This document shows positions 8,858 to 17,566 of a stretch of DNA of 64,000 bases, one piece after another. The position numbers and the translations under genes were made by a program. Position 1 is the stretch's first letter. The number at the start of each line of letters is the position of its first letter. Source of the DNA: Spirochaetia bacterium (lineage in GTDB: Bacteria; Spirochaetota; Spirochaetia; UBA9216); assembly GCA_963675665.1 (NCBI GenBank), contig OY776510.1, forward strand, positions 2,624,001-2,688,000, given 5' to 3'. The notes beneath the pieces are model-generated. The model was not told the DNA's origin. It saw only the letters and a list, made by a program, of their open reading frames with translations, and made no database searches.

Positions 8858-10594
8858 ATGCAAAATATCGAACAACAATTCCTTAACGAACTTGATGCCA
8901 AGCTCTGGAAATCTGCCGACAGGCTCAGAAATGCCCTTGATGCGGCAAATTACAAGCATGTAGTTCTTGGTATAATCTTTTTAAAATATGTTTCCGATGC
9001 CTTTGAACAGCGCCAGACGGAGCTTCGGCGTCTTTTCACTGAAGAGGGGCTTGATGATCTTTATTTTATGCCACGTGAAGATTATAACAGTGACGAAGAG
9101 TACGAACAGGCTATATCCGAGGAATTGGAACTGTATGAATACTATCAGGCTGATAATGTTTTCTGGGTTCCTAAAGTTGCCAGATGGAAATTTCTGCAGG
9201 AATCTGCTGCATTACCAATCGGAACGGTACTTTGGAAGGATGAAAAGGGTAATGATGTTAAACTACGCTCGATTTCATGGTTGATAGATAACGCACTCGA
9301 ATCGATAGAAGATTATAAAATAGATGATAAACCGGCTAATCCCAAGCTTAAAGGGATTTTGCCGCGTATTACGAATTACGCGGTAGATAATTATAATCTC
9401 ATCGAGCTTATCAATAAGTTTTCGGACACTAATTTCAGCAATCCCGAATATAACGGAGAAAAGCTAAGTCTTCACAGCAAGGATATCCTCGGGCACGTTT
9501 ATGAATACTTTCTTGGGCAGTTTGCGCTTGCAGAGGGTAAGCAGGGCGGACAGTATTACACACCTAAAAGTATCGTTACGCTGATTGTTGAGATGCTTGA
9601 ACCGTATAAAGGGCGTGTATACGATCCTGCAATGGGTGCCGGCGGGTTCTTTGTGAACAGCGATAAGTTTATTGAGCATCATGCGGCTGAAAAGCATTAC
9701 AATGCGTCAGAACAGCGAAAGCATATATCGGTATACGGTCAGGAAAGCAACCCCACAACCTGGAAGCTGGCTGCAATGAATATGGCCATCCGTGGGATAG
9801 ATTTTAACTTCGGAAAGAAGAACGCCGATTCATTTCTTGATGATCAGCATCCGGATCTAAGAGCTGATTTTGTCATGGCTAATCCCCCGTTTAATATCAA
9901 GGAATGGTGGCATCCGAAACTTGAAGGCGATGCCCGCTGGAAGTACGGTACTCCTCCGCAGGGAAACGCTAACTTTGCATGGATGCAGCACATGCTCTAT
10001 CATCTAAACGATACGGGTTCCATGGCCCTGCTGCTTGCTAACGGTTCAATGAGTTCAAATACGAATAATGAGGGTGAAATAAGAAAGAACCTTATTGAGG
10101 CTGATATCGTTGAATGCATGGTAGCCTTGCCCGGACAGCTTTTTACAAACACCCAGATCCCGGCCTGTATATGGTTCTTATCAAAGGACAAGAAAAACGG
10201 TTTTGCACTTAATAAGAAGAAAACAGACCGCAGGGGAAAATATCTATTCATAGATGCTAGAAATCTCGGATATATGAAGGACCGTGTTCTTCGTGATTTC
10301 ACGGAAGAGGATATAAAAAAGATTGTACAGGCTTATCACGCTTGGCAGCAGAATGACGGATATGAGGACGAGTCAGGTTTTTGTTACTCGGCAAGTCTGG
10401 AAGAAATAGCAAAGAATGATTATGTGCTGACTCCCGGTCGTTATGTTGGTGCTCCAGAGCAGGAAGAAGATTCCGAACCCTTTCCAGAGAAGATGCAGCG
10501 TCTGACTGGACAACTTAAGGTGCAGTTTGAAGAATCAGACAGGCTTGAAGCTGAGATACGCAAGAATCTTGCAGGATTGGGCTATTCACTGTGA
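8858..10594 (+). CDS. hsdM: Type I R-M methyltransferase subunit M
   Basis: LWKSADRLR, GQYYTP, YDPAMGAGGF (motif I), NPPF (motif IV), YVLTPGRYVG. Confidence 0.97.
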   Translation: MQNIEQQFLNELDAKLWKSADRLRNALDAANYKHVVLGIIFLKYVSDAFEQRQTELRRLFTEEGLDDLYFMPREDYNSDEEYEQAISEELELYEYYQADNVFWVPKVARWKFLQESAALPIGTVLWKDEKGNDVKLRSISWLIDNALESIEDYKIDDKPANPKLKGILPRITNYAVDNYNLIELINKFSDTNFSNPEYNGEKLSLHSKDILGHVYEYFLGQFALAEGKQGGQYYTPKSIVTLIVEMLEPYKGRVYDPAMGAGGFFVNSDKFIEHHAAEKHYNASEQRKHISVYGQESNPTTWKLAAMNMAIRGIDFNFGKKNADSFLDDQHPDLRADFVMANPPFNIKEWWHPKLEGDARWKYGTPPQGNANFAWMQHMLYHLNDTGSMALLLANGSMSSNTNNEGEIRKNLIEADIVECMVALPGQLFTNTQIPACIWFLSKDKKNGFALNKKKTDRRGKYLFIDARNLGYMKDRVLRDFTEEDIKKIVQAYHAWQQNDGYEDESGFCYSASLEEIAKNDYVLTPGRYVGAPEQEEDSEPFPEKMQRLTGQLKVQFEESDRLEAEIRKNLAGLGYSL

Positions 10595-10653
10595 TTTCTG
10601 GAGCTAAATATCGTCATGCAACCGCTAATTATCGCATGTTAGGGCTGTATATC

Positions 10654-10746
10654 TTGACAAATTCCAATCCGGATACTAAATTAATATTAATAGGATCCGC
10701 CACGGGACACCTTCGGGTACCGCACCAGGGCGGATTGTTTTTTTAT
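10654..10746 (+). ncRNA. Candidate structured RNA/attenuator upstream of Abi gene, with own promoter
   Basis: TTGACA-17bp-TAAATT, then a GATCCGCC/GGCGGATT stem enclosing an ACC-TTCG-GGT hairpin, then a T-run. Confidence 0.5.
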
Positions 10747-10768
10747 ATGCCTACGGAGGCTCCTCTCT

Positions 10769-11647
10769 GTGGCTAAAATCCCTTATACAAAGCCCGTATT
10801 ATCCGTCTCCGAGCAAATATCACTACTAAAAGATCGCGGTATAGCTTTTGCTGATGAAGAGTCTTCAGAACGATTTCTAACCTACCATAACTATTACTAT
10901 GTAAGCGGTTATGTCTATTATTTTGAAAATAAAAGCGATGTAAGAACCCATTGCCTGAAGAGACCTATAGATTTCTCCGATGTTATTGCAATTATCCGCT
11001 ATGATCAGCAATTAAGAGAGTTGTTCTTTGGCGCCGTTCAAACGATAGAATTTGCGCTTAGGAGCTCTATTGCGCGAAATCTTGCGGATATGGAGAATCC
11101 ATTTTGTATAGAAGATCGCTCAATATTTAAATCTGATTATCTACATAATATCCTTATGGGTAATATACGAAAGGCTCTTAATGATAGAAAGAAAGAACCC
11201 TTCCTTACTCACTACAGCAATGTTTATCAGGAAGAAATCCCTCCTGTATGGATAACTATAGAGCTGTTGACCTTCGGTGCAGTCTCAAGGCTGTATGCAA
11301 ATTTGAAAACACCATATCAGAAACGAATAGCTGATGAGCTACAAACAGATCACATTGTACTAGTTTCATGGTTGAAGGCTGTAACGGAATTAAGAAACAC
11401 CTGTGCGCATCATTCGCGCCTATGGAACAAAGTCTTTGTTAATGCGCCCAAGATTCGCAAGGCTGATCAAGGTTTTCCGCTTAACGAAAACGGGAAATAT
11501 CGAATAGGGGCTTTTATTCCTATGGTATTACATCTATTGAATGTTATCGGGGAAAGAAGTGACTGGGAAGATCTGTTGTTAGGCTGGATAGAGCAGAATA
11601 GAATTATTTGTTTAAGCGATATGGGGCTTGAAAGGGTGTGGAAGTGA
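10769..11647 (+). CDS. Abi family (Abi_2/AbiD-AbiF-like) HEPN protein
   Basis: K..LS..EQI.LLKDRG, PPVWITIELLTFG and LRNTCAHHSRLWN motifs. Confidence 0.9.
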   Translation: MAKIPYTKPVLSVSEQISLLKDRGIAFADEESSERFLTYHNYYYVSGYVYYFENKSDVRTHCLKRPIDFSDVIAIIRYDQQLRELFFGAVQTIEFALRSSIARNLADMENPFCIEDRSIFKSDYLHNILMGNIRKALNDRKKEPFLTHYSNVYQEEIPPVWITIELLTFGAVSRLYANLKTPYQKRIADELQTDHIVLVSWLKAVTELRNTCAHHSRLWNKVFVNAPKIRKADQGFPLNENGKYRIGAFIPMVLHLLNVIGERSDWEDLLLGWIEQNRIICLSDMGLERVWK

Positions 11648-11648
11648 T

Positions 11649-13055
11649 ATGAGTTTTAAACAACAGATGAATAGACTTTCTGATTTTATAGATATTAAAC
11701 ATGGTTATGCATTTAAAGGTGATTTCTTTGTTTCAGATGAAAAAGAAGATTGTTTGGTTACTCCTGGTAATTTTGCTATTGGTGGTGGTTTTAAAGAGGA
11801 TAAACTGAAATACTATGCAGGTCCTGTTCCAGAAGATTATATTTTACATAGAAATGATCTTGTAGTAACAATGACAGATTTAAGTAAGGAAGCTGATACC
11901 TTAGGTTTCTCTGCATTAATTCCTGAAATAACTGGGCATAGATTTTTACATAATCAACGTATTGGGTTGATCCAATTTAAAAATGACGAAATTGATAAAT
12001 TCTATTTATATTTTTTATTGCGGTCGAGAGAATATCGTCATCATGTAGTAAGTAGTGCCTCTGGAACAACGGTTAAACATACGTCGCCAACAAAAATATT
12101 GTCATTTGAATTTTACAAACCACCTTTAGATGTTCAAAAAATAATTGGTAAGTATTTGATAGATATTGAAAATAAAATCCAACTCAACACAAAAATAAAT
12201 AAAACGCTTGAAGCTATGGCTCAATCAATCTTTAAAAGCTGGTTTGTAGATTTTGATCCGGTAAGAGCCAAGATGGCGGCACTGGTATCCGGCGGCAGCG
12301 ATCGGGATGCCGAGCTTGCCGCTATGAGTGTTATTTCCGGTAAAGATGAAGATGCCATTTTACAATTTGAACAGGCTGATCCGGATGCCTATAAAGAACT
12401 TGCAGAAACAGCCGCGTTATTCCCATCAGCTATGCAGGATTCGGAGCTTGGAGAGATTCCAGAAGGGTGGGAGGTTGCTGATTTAGGAGAATCCTATGAG
12501 GTTGTAATGGGACAATCGCCTAACGGAAACACTTATAATGAACAAAAAGAAGGAGTATTGTTTTTTCAAGGTAGAGCTGAATTCGGTTGGCGTTTCCCTA
12601 CTCCTCGATTGTATACTACAGATCCTAAACGGATGGCAAAAAAAGATGATATATTATTAAGTGTCAGAGCCCCAGTCGGGGATTTAAATTGGGCATTAAA
12701 CGATTGCTGTATCGGCAGAGGCTTAAGTGGCCTAAAACATCACAGTGGCTGTAGTTCATATAGTTATGCTCATCTAAATCATTTAAAAGATATTTTTGAC
12801 AGATTTAATTCAGAGGGCACTGTTTTTGGCTCAATTAATCAAAAAGATTTAAAAGCTATTAAGATTATTGAACCAGAAAAAACATTAGTGGAGCTTTTTA
12901 CGAGAAAAGTAGATGACATTGATAATTCAATTGAAAATTCAAATGAACAAATTATTGTTCTTTCTTCTATCCGAGACACTCTTCTACTAAAACTTCTCTC
13001 CGGTGAAATAGATTTGTCGGCAATTGAAACTGAATTTGATGAGGCTTGTTCATGA
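11649..13055 (+). CDS. hsdS: Type I R-M specificity subunit S
   Basis: Two TRDs with conserved PPLDVQ..I...L..IENKIQLN..INKTLE.MAQSIFKSWFVDFDPV, ELGEIPEGW and RDTLL.KLLSGEI segments. Confidence 0.95.
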   Translation: MSFKQQMNRLSDFIDIKHGYAFKGDFFVSDEKEDCLVTPGNFAIGGGFKEDKLKYYAGPVPEDYILHRNDLVVTMTDLSKEADTLGFSALIPEITGHRFLHNQRIGLIQFKNDEIDKFYLYFLLRSREYRHHVVSSASGTTVKHTSPTKILSFEFYKPPLDVQKIIGKYLIDIENKIQLNTKINKTLEAMAQSIFKSWFVDFDPVRAKMAALVSGGSDRDAELAAMSVISGKDEDAILQFEQADPDAYKELAETAALFPSAMQDSELGEIPEGWEVADLGESYEVVMGQSPNGNTYNEQKEGVLFFQGRAEFGWRFPTPRLYTTDPKRMAKKDDILLSVRAPVGDLNWALNDCCIGRGLSGLKHHSGCSSYSYAHLNHLKDIFDRFNSEGTVFGSINQKDLKAIKIIEPEKTLVELFTRKVDDIDNSIENSNEQIIVLSSIRDTLLLKLLSGEIDLSAIETEFDEACS

Positions 13056-14284
13056 GTTTTTCTGATAATTATTGGGATAAGATTCCTTCATGGAACAATA
13101 GTTCGGCACAAGAAAGTTTTGAAATTTTCTCAGACGATATTAGCGGCAGAATTCCAGTAACAAAGATTGAACACTGGCATGATTTCGTAGAACTTATAGA
13201 AGATTCTTTTTTTAATGGAAACGGCGATGAATACGTATACAGAGGTCATCGTAGATATGATTGGAGAATGACACCGACGCTTGCTCGTGTTACAGAAAAT
13301 GATATCATCACGTTGGATATTGCTGAAAAACAATTATCAATGTTTAGAAAGGCTATCAGGGGGCGTATTACAGACCATTCTCTATTGGAAGAAGGTCTCG
13401 AAGATGATGAGCTATGGTCTATCGGTCAGCATCATGGTCTTATGACACCCTTGCTTGACTGGACTTATTCTCCGTATGTTTCGCTTTTCTTTGCATTTTC
13501 AAAAGAGGATCAGGAAGAGGAAGAGGATAACCCCTATAGATCTGTTTTCATTTTAAATAAAAGCTTTATTGCAAATGATGATCTTTGCCCTGATATCAGG
13601 ATGTTTGAGCCTAAAAAAGATGATTACGGCAGGCTTGTTAACCAGGCTGGACTTTTTACCTTTTCTCCTTATGACTCAACTATCGAAAATAAACTTACCG
13701 AAGTTTTAACTGCTGAAGATTTTCAGGACGACGAGTTAAAAAACGCTACCGAGAAAGAGCAGCCTGGTATTATCGCAAAATACATATGCAAGATTTACAT
13801 AAAGAATGAAGAGCAGCAGGAATGTTTAAAATTCCTCAGAAGAATGAATGTACATCATGCAAGTCTGTTCCCGGATCTCATTGGCGCTGCGGAATACTGC
13901 AATGTCTTTATGATGGAACAAAAAAGGATTATCCCAAATCCACCTGCTTCAGAAATTAAATATTCATACGATAGTGAAAGTACATATTCAGTCGCAGCAG
14001 AACCAACGCCTTCTTATGGAAAAGCTGATTCAATTTTCGAATTACTTAAGATGTCGGATGAAAGCGGAAAAGTTACTCCAGATCTTATTGAGCTTATCGC
14101 AAATGAACTGTCAAAGGTTTTATCTAAATCGATGCTGGTAGATTGGCAGGAGCGAGAAACCCTGCAAGCCCGGATGAAAACACAAACGAGGGTTTTACTC
14201 AGAAAATATGGATATCCAAGTGAAGCGCGCGATCAAGTAATTAAAAATATTATTGATGTTCTCTCCAGGGAGGCAACCGAATGA
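13052..14284 (+). CDS. FRG-domain protein with C-terminal HsdR-like (DUF3387-like) domain
   Basis: YVYRGH, GQHHGLMTPLLDWT.SPYVSLFFA, RLVNQAGLF and SLFPDL FRG motifs; tail VDWQERETLQARMKTQTRVLLRKYGYP. Confidence 0.88.
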   Translation: MSFSDNYWDKIPSWNNSSAQESFEIFSDDISGRIPVTKIEHWHDFVELIEDSFFNGNGDEYVYRGHRRYDWRMTPTLARVTENDIITLDIAEKQLSMFRKAIRGRITDHSLLEEGLEDDELWSIGQHHGLMTPLLDWTYSPYVSLFFAFSKEDQEEEEDNPYRSVFILNKSFIANDDLCPDIRMFEPKKDDYGRLVNQAGLFTFSPYDSTIENKLTEVLTAEDFQDDELKNATEKEQPGIIAKYICKIYIKNEEQQECLKFLRRMNVHHASLFPDLIGAAEYCNVFMMEQKRIIPNPPASEIKYSYDSESTYSVAAEPTPSYGKADSIFELLKMSDESGKVTPDLIELIANELSKVLSKSMLVDWQERETLQARMKTQTRVLLRKYGYPSEARDQVIKNIIDVLSREATE

Positions 14285-17200
14285 CGGAAGAAGAACTTGA
14301 AGGTCTGTGCCTTGAATGGTTTCATGATACCGGCTGGGAAGTTTTATTAGGATCTAATGTCACTCCCGATGGGCCGTCTCCGTTAAGAAGTTCATTCTCT
14401 CAGGTTATAATCGAAGAACATCTTCGTTTCGTTTTTGCTGATCTTAATCACCATATTCCTAAAACTGCTCATGATGTTTGTATCGAGCAGGTTATTTCAA
14501 AGCTTACCAAACCTGAATCTCTTGATCCTGTTCTAAATAATAAAAACTTTCATCATATGTTATTGGCTGGTGTTCCTATTGAATATAAAGATGGTGACGA
14601 GCTTGTTAAGGATCAGGCGCTTCTTGTTGATTTTGAGAAGTATGAGAATAACCGATTTGCAGTTATTAATCAGTTTACCGTTACTGGAACAAAGCAGCCG
14701 CGACGGCCTGATGTCGTCTGTTTTCTAAACGGTTTGCCGATTGCTGTTATTGAGCTTAAGAGTCCTAATGATGAGCATGTTGATATATGGGATGCCTTTA
14801 ATCAGCTTCAAACCTATAAGGATGAAATAGCGGATCTTTTTATCACCAATGAAGCCTTATTATAAGCGACGGTTATACTGCAAGAGTAGGCTCTCTTACG
14901 GCTAACCGCGAGAGGTTCATGCCCTGGCGGACTATAAAGAATGAAGATGACAAGCCCCTGCTTGAGTGGCAGCTTGAGACAATGGTCCGGGGATTCTTTG
15001 ATAGAGAACTGTTTCTCAATTACATTCGCTATTTTGTTTTATTTGAGAACGATGCTGATATTTTGATAAAAAAAATTGCGGGCTATCATCAATTCCATGC
15101 TGTCCTTGAAGCGGTAAGGGCTACTATCATTGCTTCGAAAAGATCCGATCCTGAGTTAATTGCCGAGAAAGCAGATTATGGCAAGCGTGTTGTTCCGGGA
15201 TGTAAGAAGGCTGGGGTAGTCTGGCATACACAGGGAAGCGGTAAGAGCATATCGATGTGTTGTTATGCCGGCATGATCCTTCAACAACCTGAAATGAATA
15301 ATCCTACCCTGGTTGTGGTTACAGATCGCAATGACCTTGACGGCCAACTTTTTACAACCTTCGGTAATGCAGTAGAACTACTTAAACAAACGCCTGTTCA
15401 GGCTTCGAATCGAGATGAGCTGCGTCAATTTATTTCCGAACGGGAGTCAGGTGGAATCATCTTTACTACTGTTCAAAAGTTTACTCTTATCAATGATGAA
15501 AATGAGCATCCGGTTTTAAATAAACGTCATAACATTGTTGTAATATCTGATGAGGCTCATCGAAGTCAATATGGACTTAAAGCTGTATTAACTAAAAATG
15601 GAATTTATAAGTTCGGTTATGCAAAGCATATGCGTGATGCCTTGCCGAATGCATCATTTATCGGATTTACGGGAACGCCAGTATCAAGCGAAGACAAAGA
15701 TACCAGATCTGTTTTCGGTGACTATGTTTCAATCTATGATATTCAGGATGCAGTTGATGATAAGGCAACCGTCCCTATCTATTATGAATCGAGGCTTGCA
15801 AAACTCGATCTGAATCAGGCAGAGATTAGTTCTCTATCAGATAAAGTTGATGAGGTAATTGAAGATGAAGAGGACATCAGCTCCCGCGAAAAAACAAAGG
15901 GGGAGTGGAGCCGACTTGAAAAACTGGTAGGTGCGGCTCCGAGGCTAAAGCAAGTTGCAGCTGATATCGTTGAACACTTTGAGACTCGACTCTCAGTAAT
16001 TGACGGCAAGGCAATGATAGTCGCAATGAGTCGTGAGATTTGCGTTCATCTGTATAATGAAATCATCGCCCTGCGCCCCGACTGGCATAATGATGATCCA
16101 GAAAAAGGTGCAATCAAAATAGTGATGACCGGCTCTGCATCAGACCGTCCCTTTTTACAGCCGCACATCTATAATAAGGCGGTAAAAAAACGAATAGAAA
16201 AGCGGTTTAAGGAGCCGGAGGATAATTTAAAACTTGTGATTGTTCGTGATATGTGGCTTACCGGTTTTGACGCACCATGCTGCCATACCATGTATGTCGA
16301 TAAACCGATGAAGGGCCATAACCTAATGCAGGCGATAGCGCGGGTAAACCGGGTCTTTAAGGATAAACCCGGCGGCCTTGTCGTTGATTATATCGGTATC
16401 GCTAACGAGCTTAAGCATGCTTTGAAGGATTACACCGAATCAAAGGGCCGGGGAGAACCAACGAGATATTCCGAAGAAGCTCTTGCTGTATTGTTAGAAA
16501 AGATCGATATAATAAGGGGGATGTTTGCAGCTTCACCATCGTCTGCAGGGCTTGATATTTCAGCATTCGAGACTAAAGCTAATAAGCTGCTTATTCCAGC
16601 CGCCAATCTTATATTAAGCATGGAAGATGGAAAGAAGCGTTTTCTTGATAATGTACTTGCTGTAAACAAGGCTTTTTCTCTTTGCGGAACTCTTGATGAA
16701 GCCAAAGTAATGAGAAAAGAGATAGCATTTTATACAGCAATAAAAGCGGCCATTACAAAGTTTACTTCAGTCGATAAAAAGCTGACCGAGGAAGAAAAGA
16801 ATTCGGCATTAAAGCAAATACTTGATAATGCAATTGTAGCGGAAGGCGTAACCGACGTCTTTGCCCTTTGTGGTCTTGAGAAGCCCAATATCGGCTTATT
16901 GTCAGATGAGTTCCTTGAAGATGTCAGAAATATGCCTCAGAAGAATCTTGCAATTGAGTTACTTGAAAAACTGCTTCAGGATAGCATAAAGGCAAAGACA
17001 AGAAATAATATAGTTCAGGAAAAGAAGTATGCCGATAGACTTCAGGAAACATTGAGAAAATATAATAACAGGGCAATAGAAACCGCGCAGGTAATTGAAG
17101 AGCTAATCCAGATGGCAAAGGATTTTCAGGAAGCATTAAGAAAGGAAGAAGCGCTTGGCCTTAATCCCGATGAGATAGCCTTTTATGATGCCCTTGCTGA

Positions 17201-17444
17201 CAATGAAAGTGCTGTTCGCGAACTGGGAGACGAGATCTTGAAAAAGATAGCCGTTGAGATTACAGAAAAGCTTCGTCAATCAACCACTGTTGACTGGCAG
17301 GTGCGCGATAGCGTCAGAGCACGATTGAAAATATTAGTTAGACGTACATTAAAGAAATGGAAATACCCGCCGGATAAATCCGCTGAAGCAGTTGAGTTAA
17401 TCATGAAGCAAGCGGAGGTAATGTCCAACGAATGGAGTAGGTAA
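14281..17444 (+). pseudogene. hsdR: Type I R-M restriction subunit R, interrupted by a 1-nt frameshift near 14860
   Basis: The N-part has RRPDVVCFLNGLPIAVIELK and QLQTY. The -1 frame continues [20 protein letters not shown], then [22 protein letters not shown] and QAIARVNR. Confidence 0.9.
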
Positions 17445-17566
17445 AAATGAATATTTTTTTAGGAAAGTTCAGTACAAAATATCCAGAACAAATTGAGAAA
17501 AGATTTTACGGGGCAGGAGAATATAGATAGAATCAAAAGTAATATGAAAAAGGCAAAGTTTCAATT

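Noticed and set aside
10591-10776. 61-aa ORF between hsdM and abi
   Set aside because: It spans the promoter and hairpin, and has no recognisable protein features.
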